NCBI GenBank assembly: GCA_963718615.1
Contig: OY970368.1
Span: 768,001 to 832,000, forward strand
Direction of reading: 5' to 3'
Length of the DNA stretch: 64,000 bases
Origin: an uncultured cyanobacterium
Lineage (GTDB): Bacteria; Cyanobacteriota; Cyanobacteriia; PCC-9006; JAAUQQ01
The translations under genes were made by a program, and so were the position numbers. Of this stretch, positions 9,590 to 19,078 are shown piece by piece. Within the stretch, counting starts at the first letter, position 1, and each line of letters opens with the position of its first letter. The notes beneath the pieces were generated by a model. That model did no database searches. It had not been told where the DNA came from and saw only the letters and a list, made by a program, of their open reading frames with translations.

Positions 9590-10330
9590 ATGACCTGCGG
9601 AAAGATGTTAAAGATTCCGGTCCCGAGTTTGGCTATCCTGTTGGGGGCGATCGCCCTCAACTTTTTCTGCATCCCGATGCCAGCGCTACGGGCACAGTCC
9701 TCAATGGATACCGCCATCCCCCACCCACCCAGCCGAGGACGAGCAGGCGGCACGCGCGGTTGCAATAGCTATGCCCAAACCCTGCCGGAGAATCGCTCCG
9801 CCGCACTGATTTTGCTGGCCTCCCCTCGGGGCGACATTCAAACCCTCGCCAGCCGCCCAACCTTTGCCTGGTATGTCCGAGACGCGGTGGATTTACCCTT
9901 GATTTTTCGGATCTACAAACAGCCCCCGGCCTCCGAGCCTTGGCCGATCTCGGGGTTATTACCGATCCTGGAGCTAACTCATCCAGAATTGCGCAGCCAA
10001 GCCGGACTCGTCAGTCTGACCCTACCTGACACCGTTCCGGCGCTGCAACCGGGAGAGCGCTATCTCTGGCAAGTCGAGTTGCGCTGCGATCCGAACGACC
10101 CCTCCAGCGGTATTTTTGCCGAAGCCGATATCGAGGTGGTGACGCAACCAGGTTCACGCCCCTTTTGGTATGACAAACTCCAGATGGCCTTGAGGGCTCC
10201 GCAGCAATTGGGTAGCGCTGCACTCCGGGCGGCATTGCTGACGGATGCAGGCGTTCCGTCCCAGGGGGCAAAGGATTTGGGCGATCGCCCGATTGCCGAG
10301 GTATCGACCAACTTCTGGTTGATTCCCTGA
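9590..10330 (+). CDS. DUF928 domain exported protein
   Basis: GGAGG RBS, signal peptide, RAGGTRGC, PTFAWYV, LQPGERYLWQVELRC, FWYD. Confidence 0.85.
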   Translation: MTCGKMLKIPVPSLAILLGAIALNFFCIPMPALRAQSSMDTAIPHPPSRGRAGGTRGCNSYAQTLPENRSAALILLASPRGDIQTLASRPTFAWYVRDAVDLPLIFRIYKQPPASEPWPISGLLPILELTHPELRSQAGLVSLTLPDTVPALQPGERYLWQVELRCDPNDPSSGIFAEADIEVVTQPGSRPFWYDKLQMALRAPQQLGSAALRAALLTDAGVPSQGAKDLGDRPIAEVSTNFWLIP

Positions 10331-10347
10331 TCTATTCCCATCGGTTA

Positions 10348-13134
10348 CTAAAGCCAATTCCCCACTGCAATAAACGCGGCCCAATAGCCCGGATGGCTGA
10401 ATTGACTGCGACGCGATCGCGCAATCCAATCCCGTTGCATGGTTTGCAGCGCTGCTGCTCGACCCATGCCCTGCTGCCACACTTGATAAAACTGAATCAT
10501 CATCTGGGCGGTGGCTTCATCATCAACCCGCCAGAGCGACGCCAAACTAGACTGCACACCCGACTGAAACATCATGCCTGAGATGCCTAGGATATCGCGA
10601 TCGCTCCCCACTGCGGTCTCACAGGCACTCAGCGTCAGCAGGCGAATCGGCTCTGGAGCCTGTTGAACCACGTCCGCCAATTGTTGAATGGTTAGGGTTT
10701 CATTAAATTGCTCGGGCGTGCTCCGTAGGGCCTTTTGCTGGGGCGAATTCTGGGGCAAATTTTGCGGTAGATCCTGGGTTAAAGCATCCGATCCTAAGGC
10801 GTCTTCAGGCTTGCCCAAAATCAAAAACGTTTGCCGTGCGTCATAGCCAAACTGCGCATGGGTCGCGAGGTGTAGCAACTGAGCCGGTTGAGAATGGGTC
10901 ATCTGGCCGAGAAACAGCCGCGTAAATTTTTCATTAAATAGACCCTGATGGGGTACAAATTGGTCCGCAATGGTATTCACTTCTTCGTCCACATAATCGA
11001 GGGCCGGAAAGCGCAATCCATTGGCCAATTCTGCCGGTTGAGTCAGCCCAAAGGGCAACGCTTGAATCTGATTCACCACTAAGGGTAAGGGTTTAATTTC
11101 TGACAGGATGGGTGCGATCCCCAGGGCGTATTGTTCAACCAAAAATTGCTCCCCATCAAACAAGGGAGCCATGGGAATGCTCCGCAAAATACCGTCTTGC
11201 ATAAACACTAACGTGTCGATGCCTGCCGCTTGGAGCTGGGCCGCAACCGGACGAATCAGCCAGTCGTAGAATTGCGTTGCCCCCTTGAGATAGCCGTTGG
11301 CGCGGTCGGAGCGTTGGCCCAGCAAGCTACGAAATTCATTGACCTGTTCGATCAACTCGGTGCGCTTGAGCGGAATCCAGTACAGCTCCGACCGAACCGG
11401 AACCAGATCCGCCTGACCTTCACGGGGCTGAATCGGATTCTCGGGAGTGACATTGGGAATGGCCACCACCACCGCCGTGGCCTCTTCAAACACCAAGGTG
11501 GTAATAATGGCCGTATGGGTGTCACCGGGCGTAATCGGTGGCAGTTCCGGTGGCGGTTCGCAGACTTTACCCAAATAGTTTTGCAACTCCAGCAAGTGGA
11601 GTTCATCAATAATTTGGACTGCATTGATGAGTCGCTTCTGAGCCTCCGCGTCGGGCCAAGCCGTCACCCCAAAGGCCCCAGGATAGGCCACGGAACGCAC
11701 CAGGAGGCGACTGAGCTGACGGTAGATGGGTGCAATGACGCTGTAGAAATCCGGTTGGCGATCGCGCGTCGAAACACTCAACACTCCCCGCACCCCCTTG
11801 AGCGAGTCCAGCGTATATTGGTATGCCTTTAAGGCCGCCGCTTCATTGCCCTGGGCCAGCAAAATCCGGGCTGCTTGCCAATTCCACAGATAACGATCCC
11901 CCTTGTCCTGCCCCAAAACCTGGGCTTGGCGGGTCCAGTCTTGAGCGGTTTTATAGTCACCTTGGCATTCGTACAGATGACCCATATGGCCCCGCACCAC
12001 GGACTCTAGGCCCGCATCCTGGAGCCGCTGCGCCCCCAGAACTGCTCGCCGCACCCAGCCTGTCAGCCTCCGGGTAGGCGCAAGGTTCTCACAGAGGGCC
12101 GGGGCTCCTTCTCGCAGAAAATCCTGGGGGGGCGGTACCTCCAGAAAACCAACCCGCAAGAGGTCATAAACCTGGTCCTGGGAAAGGGGCATCTGATTGA
12201 CGAGGCTGCGGGCTTCCGCTAGGGCGGCCTGGGTGATCGCCTGCATGGACGGTTGATACCGGCTCACGGACACCAAATTTAACAGCCGCTCCAGACGCTC
12301 CGTCTGCGGTTGGGGAAGCTGCAACGCCTCTTGGAGGGCGGTAATGGATTCCTGGGTATGGGTTTGCACCGCTGCGCGAAAGTTCTTAGCGGCAATCCAG
12401 TCTTTTTTTCCTTCGGCAAACCGGGTATAGCGTTCGTTTTGCACCATCAGCCGGTAATGCAACGCTCCCAACTGACTAAGGGCGGCAATTTGATAGGGAA
12501 AATGCTTCAGCTCCACAGCCAGGTTGTAGGCGCGCTGGTAGGTGGCGATCGCCGCTTCATACTGGGCCTGCTCAAAGAACGCACTGCCTAGGGCACCGAG
12601 GGCCGCAGTCAATCCCACGCCATCGTTTTGGTCCATGGCGATCGCCACCGCGCTATCGGGCAGACAGGTTTGCGGCGGGGGCTGGTTCGGTTCGGATTGG
12701 CCGCAGAGCAGCGCCACTGCCCAGTCATATTGACCCAGGTCCGCAGCGATTTGGGCTTGCTCCGTCAGCATGTGACCTAGGTCCGTGGGCCGTTGAAGCT
12801 GTTGGTAGGCTGTAATCAGGCGATCAAACTCATCAATTGCGGGTATCGTTTGACCCGTTTTTTGATAGGCCCTTGCCTGATAGCGGTACAAATCCAGTCG
12901 GGTTTCCAGATTGGGGGCTTGGCGGAGCGCATTCTTCCAAAAGGCCAGGGCGTTGTGATAATCCCCGGCATAGTAGGCATCTAAGCCTTGCTGAATGAGG
13001 CGTTCGGGTTCCCCAAGCTGACTGAGGGCTGGGGCGATCGCCCCGAGTCGCAAACAAAAAATTAGGGTACAAATCACAGTACCCACAAAAAGACTCAATC
13101 GTCGCCAAATTCGTAACCGGCTACGGATGGCCAT
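10348..13134 (-). CDS. Exported TPR-CHAT (caspase-like) domain protein
   Basis: Signal peptide, TPRs, DGILRSIPMAPLFDG, HLATHAQF, LSACETAVG, ASLWRVDD, HPGYWAAF. Confidence 0.93.
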   Translation of the reverse strand: MAIRSRLRIWRRLSLFVGTVICTLIFCLRLGAIAPALSQLGEPERLIQQGLDAYYAGDYHNALAFWKNALRQAPNLETRLDLYRYQARAYQKTGQTIPAIDEFDRLITAYQQLQRPTDLGHMLTEQAQIAADLGQYDWAVALLCGQSEPNQPPPQTCLPDSAVAIAMDQNDGVGLTAALGALGSAFFEQAQYEAAIATYQRAYNLAVELKHFPYQIAALSQLGALHYRLMVQNERYTRFAEGKKDWIAAKNFRAAVQTHTQESITALQEALQLPQPQTERLERLLNLVSVSRYQPSMQAITQAALAEARSLVNQMPLSQDQVYDLLRVGFLEVPPPQDFLREGAPALCENLAPTRRLTGWVRRAVLGAQRLQDAGLESVVRGHMGHLYECQGDYKTAQDWTRQAQVLGQDKGDRYLWNWQAARILLAQGNEAAALKAYQYTLDSLKGVRGVLSVSTRDRQPDFYSVIAPIYRQLSRLLVRSVAYPGAFGVTAWPDAEAQKRLINAVQIIDELHLLELQNYLGKVCEPPPELPPITPGDTHTAIITTLVFEEATAVVVAIPNVTPENPIQPREGQADLVPVRSELYWIPLKRTELIEQVNEFRSLLGQRSDRANGYLKGATQFYDWLIRPVAAQLQAAGIDTLVFMQDGILRSIPMAPLFDGEQFLVEQYALGIAPILSEIKPLPLVVNQIQALPFGLTQPAELANGLRFPALDYVDEEVNTIADQFVPHQGLFNEKFTRLFLGQMTHSQPAQLLHLATHAQFGYDARQTFLILGKPEDALGSDALTQDLPQNLPQNSPQQKALRSTPEQFNETLTIQQLADVVQQAPEPIRLLTLSACETAVGSDRDILGISGMMFQSGVQSSLASLWRVDDEATAQMMIQFYQVWQQGMGRAAALQTMQRDWIARSRRSQFSHPGYWAAFIAVGNWL

Positions 13135-13315
13135 ACCCCATGACTACATCTCACTAGTGGGTCAATAGGACAGAACTTAGTTATTATCTCGCAGAAGGTT
13201 TTAGCGGATTTACAGGAGTCATGAATTCACAAATCGTGAAATGATGCTTTTGTAGGTTTTTGTTCAAGCTTTGTTGCCATAGTTATCGTTCATTTGTCGT
13301 TATTCCTGCGCTGCC

Positions 13316-15613
13316 ATGCTTCATCAGCCCCGCTTTGCGCCGCAGTTTCGCGTGATTTCGCTCCCACCGGATCAAGTTTTGCTGCGGACAGAGCAGGATT
13401 TTTTTATGCTCCAGGGTGCTCTCTATTGCCAGATTGCGGCCTTAATCGATGGCCAGCACACAACCGATGAGATTGTCGCAGCCTTACAACCCCAGGGGTC
13501 GCTGCCGCAGCTTTACTATGCGCTCATGCAGCTCGAAGAAAAGGGATACACCATTGAATCAAATTCGACCCGTCTTGATTTTGTAAGTTTTGCTGGTTTT
13601 AGTGTTCAAAGAGTTTCTGTAAAAACCTACATTTCAGCAGAAAGTCAACCCACATTAGAGGCCCTAGGGCAGGCGAGCGCCACCCAACTCACCGCCGCCC
13701 TCAGGGATTGGGGACTCACTCCAGTCCCCCCCGACGACCCGGACGTGGACCTCGGCATTGTCCTCACCGATAACTATCTGCACCCAAACCTAGAGCGCTA
13801 TAACCAACTCACCCTCGCAGCCCAGCGTCCCTGGCTGATCGTCAAACCCTGGGGGGAGCAGATTTGGCTGGGTCCTTGGTTTCAGCCCGATGACACCGGC
13901 TGCTGGGGCTGTTTGGCGCAGCGACTGCGGGGCAATCGTCCGGTGGATGCCTGGTTGAGTCAGTTGGAGACGGTAGAGCTGCTACAAACGGAGGTCTGGG
14001 GGGAGGACCCTGGGATGGGGGCGATCGCCCTCGGTTTAATTCGCCAAGCCCTCTATCATTCCGAAACCGTCTGGGGACAGTTGCTGACATTCAACCCCCG
14101 CACCCTCACCAGTCGCAGCCATCCGCTGCCCCATCGTCCCCAATGTTTGGCCTGTGGCTCCATCGATTTTCAGACAATTTGCACCGACCAATTGCCCACC
14201 GAGCCCTGGGTGCTATCGGCCTCGCCTAAGGCTTTTACCCAGGATGGGGGCCACCGCAGCCAGCCCCCCGAAATCACCCTGGAACAGCTCCAGCCCCACA
14301 TCAGCCCCCTCCTGGGAATCATCCGCGAGTTGCGAGAAGTGCCACCGGCGCATCCCAACCACACCACCCAAACCCTGCTCCACACCTATGTCGCCGGTCA
14401 TGACACTGGAGCGACCCCCGAAACCCTCAACGCCCTCAAGATCAATTTGCAAGGTCGCAGTGCCGGTAAGGGCAAAACAGCGATTCAAGCCCAGGTGAGT
14501 GCATTGTGTGAGGCGATCGAGCGCCATTCTGGGATTTTTCAGGGGTATGAATTGCATCGACGCGATCGCTACAACCACCTTGGCCCAAACCTCGCCATCG
14601 ATCCCCAGCCCTTGCTCCTGTTTAGCCCCTCCCAATATGCCAATCGGCAAGCCTGGAATGCCACCTTGCCCAATTTGCGTCACCAGGTACCCGAGCCCTT
14701 TGACCCCGAAGCAGAGGTTGATTGGACGCCCATTTGGTCGCTGACGGAAAATCGCTGGAAATATATTCCCACGGCCTATTGCTACTACAACTATCCCGGT
14801 AATAAGCTCAACCAACCGCCTCCTTTTTGCTATGCCAACTCCAATGGTTGTGCCGCAGGCAACAGCCGCGAAGAGGCGATTTTGCAGGGTTTATTTGAGT
14901 TGGTGGAACGGGATGCGGTGGCGATTTGGTGGTGTAATCAGCTAGGGCGGCCTGAGGTGGATTTGACCAGTTTCCCGGACCCCTATTTTACTCAACTTCA
15001 GCATCACTATGCCGAGGAGCAGGGCCGGACGCTGTATGTGTTAGACCTAACGCACGACTTAGGCATTCCCACCTTTGCGGCGGTGTCCTATTTGCTGGAG
15101 CCGATTCCAACGGGGGAAGGCAACAATCCTGGAATTTTGTGTGGGTTCGGCTGTCATTTTGATGGGGCGATCGCCCTCTCCCGCGCCCTCACTGAAATCA
15201 ATCAGCTTTTGGTAGGAACGCCGGTGGCTAAGGCGAGGACGGAGGATGGAGGAGAAAAAAACGAGACGCCAGGGGAAACACCGTTGCAACTGGAGGGGCA
15301 GGATCAGCTCTTGCCGGATCCGTCTCAGCCGCGACGACGATATGAAGATTTCTCTGAGGAATGGCGGCAGGACCTGCGGGATGATGTATTAGCTGGGATG
15401 GAGATTTTGCGATCGCACGGTCTAGAAATGCTGGTCCTGGATCAAACCCGTCCGGACGTGAATTTGCCAGTGGTGCGAGTCGTCGTGCCGAAGATGCGCC
15501 ATTTTTGGCATCGGCTGGCACCAGGGCGGCTCTACGAGGTGCCGGTGGAGATGGGATGGTTGTCTCAGCCCAAAACCGAGGCTGATGTCAATCCGATCCT
15601 GTTTCCTTTTTGA
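13316..15613 (+). CDS. Fused TOMM cyclodehydratase (RRE + E1-like + YcaO; PatD/TruD-like)
   Basis: CWGCLAQRL and CLAC, DGGHR, CEAIERHS, NSNGCAAGNSREEAILQGLFELVERDA, Pro-rich C-terminus NPILFPF. Confidence 0.95.
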   Translation: MLHQPRFAPQFRVISLPPDQVLLRTEQDFFMLQGALYCQIAALIDGQHTTDEIVAALQPQGSLPQLYYALMQLEEKGYTIESNSTRLDFVSFAGFSVQRVSVKTYISAESQPTLEALGQASATQLTAALRDWGLTPVPPDDPDVDLGIVLTDNYLHPNLERYNQLTLAAQRPWLIVKPWGEQIWLGPWFQPDDTGCWGCLAQRLRGNRPVDAWLSQLETVELLQTEVWGEDPGMGAIALGLIRQALYHSETVWGQLLTFNPRTLTSRSHPLPHRPQCLACGSIDFQTICTDQLPTEPWVLSASPKAFTQDGGHRSQPPEITLEQLQPHISPLLGIIRELREVPPAHPNHTTQTLLHTYVAGHDTGATPETLNALKINLQGRSAGKGKTAIQAQVSALCEAIERHSGIFQGYELHRRDRYNHLGPNLAIDPQPLLLFSPSQYANRQAWNATLPNLRHQVPEPFDPEAEVDWTPIWSLTENRWKYIPTAYCYYNYPGNKLNQPPPFCYANSNGCAAGNSREEAILQGLFELVERDAVAIWWCNQLGRPEVDLTSFPDPYFTQLQHHYAEEQGRTLYVLDLTHDLGIPTFAAVSYLLEPIPTGEGNNPGILCGFGCHFDGAIALSRALTEINQLLVGTPVAKARTEDGGEKNETPGETPLQLEGQDQLLPDPSQPRRRYEDFSEEWRQDLRDDVLAGMEILRSHGLEMLVLDQTRPDVNLPVVRVVVPKMRHFWHRLAPGRLYEVPVEMGWLSQPKTEADVNPILFPF

Positions 15614-15651
15614 ACCTGTCCACTTGAACCTGTCCATTTGAACCTGTCCAC
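15610..15651 (+). repeat. 14-bp tandem repeat x3 (TTGAACCTGTCCAY)
   Basis: Directly visible, starting at the YcaO stop codon. Confidence 0.95.
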
Positions 15652-15677
15652 CTGTACTTTACAATCCGTACTTAGCC

Positions 15678-17201
15678 ATGGCTGATTCAATTGCTGACTC
15701 AACTGCTGCCGCAACGCTGGATTCCTTAACGCTCTCACTGAAGCCTGGAATTTCAATTGTGACCGATGCAGCAGAAGCCGGGGCCATCTTGCAAACGCCC
15801 TATGCCCAGCTTAATCTCAGTCATTTTTCACCCGGTTTGCTCGCAGCGTTGCAGCAATTGTCAAAAGTAGGGGCAACGGAGTCCGCGTTGAGTTTACAGG
15901 TGATGGCAACGGATGGTTTTAGTGGTTTGCCTAAGCTACACTTTTTGCTCGCCAAGCTGATCCAGCTAGGGACGATTTGCTATGGTGTGCGGCAGCAGGA
16001 TAAACCCTTTGCAACCTTAATGCCGACGGTTTTCGGTGTAGCCTTTGAGTCGCCTCGGTTTCCTGCGATTTCGCTCGAAACAGGCTACAAACTCTCTCGA
16101 TTTGCCTATAGCCACAGCCAGCTCGATTCCCATTCCGATCAAAACCAATGGGTGCTGAAATCACCCTTAGCCCAAGCCCAAATTGTTCTGCACGATTGGC
16201 GCGGGGGGGCCATGGTCGCAGCTTTGGCGACTGGCATGACAGGACAAGTATTACTGACAGAAATTCCTGGTTTAGAACCTGAGACGGTCCAAGGGCTTTT
16301 GAGTTTGTTAGTGAGCTGCCAAATGGTCGCAGTCTGCGCAGAAACAGGTGATGTAGACCCCGAACCCGATACGCTGAAACAGTGGGAGTTTCACGATTTG
16401 ATTTTCCACACCCGCTGCCGTCAGGGTCGGCACAATCAAGTGGTGGGATCAACCTATCGTTTTCGAGGCCATATCGATCCGCTTCCTGTGATTAAAACCC
16501 AACCCGATGAATGGAAAAAAATTGATCTCTATAAACCCGATTTAGAAGCCCTCAAGGCTCAAGATCTGCCTTTCACTCAAGTCCTAGAAGCGCGTCGTTC
16601 CATTCGCAAATTTGCCCCAGCGCCAATCACGCTTGAGCAGTTGGGTGAGTTTCTTTATCGTTCGGCCAGGGTACGGCAAATCTTCCCGATGGAAAATCTG
16701 GACTGTAGCGATCGCCCCTACCCCAGCAGCGGGGCCTGCTACGAATTTGAACTGTATATTGCGGTGAATCAGTGCGAGGGGTTGGCCCAAGGGCTTTATC
16801 ATTATTGTCCCCAAGAACATCGTTTGGGGAAAGTGAGGGATTGGCATGAGGCGATCGCCGCCCTCCTGACTGACGCCAGCCACGCCAGCCGCCGGGAGGA
16901 ATTGCCCCAACTGTTGATTGTGATTGCGGCCCGATTCCCACGATTAACCTGGAAATACCAATCCCTGGCCTATTCGCTGATTTTGAAAAACTTGGGTTGT
17001 CTTTACCAAACGATGTATCTGGTGGCAACGGCAATGGGCTTGGCTCCCTGCTGTTTGGGTAGCGGTAATGCGGATCGGTTTGCGCAGATTGCAGGGACGG
17101 ATTACTGGGTGGAGACTTCTGTGGGTGAGTTTATGTTGGGGAGTCAACCGGCTGATCTATCGGGGGAGGCGAAGGTGTTGCTGATTGAGCGATCGCGGTG
17201 A
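15678..17201 (+). CDS. SagB/ThcOx-family FMN-dependent azoline dehydrogenase
   Basis: WEFHDLIFH, ARRSIRKF, RPYPSSG, catalytic WKY, LYQTMYLVATAMGLAPC, VGEFMLG. Confidence 0.93.
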   Translation: MADSIADSTAAATLDSLTLSLKPGISIVTDAAEAGAILQTPYAQLNLSHFSPGLLAALQQLSKVGATESALSLQVMATDGFSGLPKLHFLLAKLIQLGTICYGVRQQDKPFATLMPTVFGVAFESPRFPAISLETGYKLSRFAYSHSQLDSHSDQNQWVLKSPLAQAQIVLHDWRGGAMVAALATGMTGQVLLTEIPGLEPETVQGLLSLLVSCQMVAVCAETGDVDPEPDTLKQWEFHDLIFHTRCRQGRHNQVVGSTYRFRGHIDPLPVIKTQPDEWKKIDLYKPDLEALKAQDLPFTQVLEARRSIRKFAPAPITLEQLGEFLYRSARVRQIFPMENLDCSDRPYPSSGACYEFELYIAVNQCEGLAQGLYHYCPQEHRLGKVRDWHEAIAALLTDASHASRREELPQLLIVIAARFPRLTWKYQSLAYSLILKNLGCLYQTMYLVATAMGLAPCCLGSGNADRFAQIAGTDYWVETSVGEFMLGSQPADLSGEAKVLLIERSR

Positions 17202-17349
17202 GAGGAGGGTTGGGAGATTCTAACTTGTCTAAAATTTTGTGAAGGCTCTCGGGAGGGGTGGCTGGGTGGCTATACTGGGATGAGTCTACCTAATCTGCCT
17301 ATGAGGGTGTTATGCAGACATATGGCTACCCAATCTCCTCTAGAGGGTT

Positions 17350-17427
17350 GTTAGATGGACAGATTTCCATCTAACGCGCCCAAACCGTGACTAGATGGAC
17401 TAGATTCAGTCCAATAAATTGTTAGGC
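17350..17427 (+). other. attI-like recombination site
   Basis: Simple site GTCCAAT-AAATT-GTTAGGC at 17409-17427. Upstream: perfect IR GTTAGATGGA-N6-TCCATCTAAC and a direct repeat TAGATGGAC (17352, 17392). Confidence 0.65.
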
Positions 17428-19005
17428 ATCATCAATATTTTCAATAATTAACAAAAGTAAGGACTGCATTTAAGTTATGCTTCTTAACCAAATTGACTGG
17501 GGTGATGATAGCGCAGAGAGAGATGAACATCTTCTTGAATACTTTGTCAGTTCAGAAGCATTCCGTCGGCTTTCTGAGAATCGTCGGTCGCTAGTAATTG
17601 GGCGTAAGGGATCAGGAAAAAGTGCGCTTCTAAAAAAGCTATATAACCATTTTCAGAAAACTGAGGATACTTATGTAGTCAAAATAGCTCCAAACTTTAG
17701 CAGTATTCGCACAATCCTAAATGACCATGATTTGAAAGAATCCTTTGGAGAGGAAATCTTTTTTCAACACACATGGTTGCGTCAAATCTTGATTGATTTA
17801 CTTTGTGCCATTGGTCATAGTGCTAAAGGAGCGTATTGCCACGGAAGCCACGCTTATGCACGTCAAATTGCACAACAACTAAACCGAACCTCCAAAGACC
17901 TTGTCGAAAATATATCAGAGATATTAGAGAGAACTAAGCTTAAAGCTGGAAAATTAGGAGAGTTTGGTCTAGGGCTTGAGAATCAGCTAAAAGAGATTTC
18001 GGAAGTGGATGCCTTGCAACATCATTTAGTTGAGTTGGCAAAAGGTGGAGCTCATTTTGTTGCTCTAATCGATGATTTGGATTTAGGTTGGGATAACTCG
18101 ACAACCGCAAATAATTTGCTTTTAGGTCTACTGTCTGCGTCTAACTATATTTCTGGTCTACACGAGTTCATACATCCCATTGTGTTCCTTCGTGAAGATG
18201 TATACACCATTTTATTGAGTAAGACTCAACATTCTGATAAATATCGTGATGTGGAGAGAATTAGATGGGCTCAAGAGCAGCTTCTTTCGGTTCTGGAAAA
18301 GAGGATAAACTTTAACCGTCAAAGAGCAGGTTGTCCGGCAATTGATGAATCATTTTTTTCCGTTTTTCCACGCACTATTGGTACTGCAAATACTGACAAC
18401 TGGTTGATTGAAAAAACTCTGTCTCGTCCCAGAGAGTTAATACAACTTGCTCGTTATTACACTGAAGATGTGAATGACAGTGATCCTTCAGATGAGAAAC
18501 TAAAATCAGCAGAACCAACGTACTCAAGCTGGAAATTAGATGATCTTTGTGCTGAGTATTCAAATCAGTACCCTGGTTTAAGCGCTATAATGTCGTATTG
18601 GAAGACGAGGTTTCGTCGCAGAAAATATCATCTAAAGCGAGCAGAAGTTGACGAAATTCTACTTGAAATCATGTCTAACGTTACGCTCGATTGTCATTGG
18701 TTCAATCAACTTATTGATAATACGGACACTTCGGAATTCCTAAGGATATTATACGAGATAGGCTTTCTCGGAGATTTTGTGCTGGGAGGTCAGGGAGGAA
18801 GTAGAACTTACTACGCATATCAGGAATATCATGAACCTTCGTTTGAGGAGATTCAAATTCACCCTTGTTTCAGGCGCGCTGTCAATACAGTTGAGAGAAT
18901 TAGAAACCGTTAGCTGTGACTTGATGCCTAACGTGTCGTGGCAGCGGACGGACAGAAGGTATCTGTTGACGACTGAAAGTTACTGACCGCCGCTGCACTT
19001 TGCCG
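17422..19005 (+). mobile_element. Integron-type gene cassette
   Basis: Starts G|TTAGGCATCA; its exact 11-bp reverse complement TGATGCCTAAC follows the gene stop and opens an attC. Confidence 0.88.
17477..18913 (+). CDS. P-loop ATPase (Sll1717/FunZ-like), cassette-borne
   Basis: WGDDSAERD, Walker A GRKGSGKS, Walker B ALIDDLD, VFLREDVY, RPRELIQ, LYEIGFLG, IHPCF; AT-rich. Confidence 0.8.
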   Translation: MLLNQIDWGDDSAERDEHLLEYFVSSEAFRRLSENRRSLVIGRKGSGKSALLKKLYNHFQKTEDTYVVKIAPNFSSIRTILNDHDLKESFGEEIFFQHTWLRQILIDLLCAIGHSAKGAYCHGSHAYARQIAQQLNRTSKDLVENISEILERTKLKAGKLGEFGLGLENQLKEISEVDALQHHLVELAKGGAHFVALIDDLDLGWDNSTTANNLLLGLLSASNYISGLHEFIHPIVFLREDVYTILLSKTQHSDKYRDVERIRWAQEQLLSVLEKRINFNRQRAGCPAIDESFFSVFPRTIGTANTDNWLIEKTLSRPRELIQLARYYTEDVNDSDPSDEKLKSAEPTYSSWKLDDLCAEYSNQYPGLSAIMSYWKTRFRRRKYHLKRAEVDEILLEIMSNVTLDCHWFNQLIDNTDTSEFLRILYEIGFLGDFVLGGQGGSRTYYAYQEYHEPSFEEIQIHPCFRRAVNTVERIRNR

Positions 19006-19011
19006 TTAGCC
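18926..19011 (+). other. attC site (86 bp)
   Basis: R'' GCCTAAC, 5 nt, L'' GTGGCAGC-GGACGG ... CCGCC-GCTGCAC L', 6 nt, R' GTTAGCC; two unpaired extra bases in the left arm. Confidence 0.9.
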
Positions 19012-19078
19012 AGCCTTCACTCTTAAATTTTGCCAGTTCTGGAAAACTGCCTGTAATAAGGTTGCCACTAATTGACAC

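Noticed and set aside
13221-13244. MNSQIVK mini-ORF as RiPP precursor
   Set aside because: Too short; no leader or core.
17301-17354. MRVLCRHMATQSPLEGC as RiPP precursor
   Set aside because: No recognisable leader; overlaps the attI-like site.
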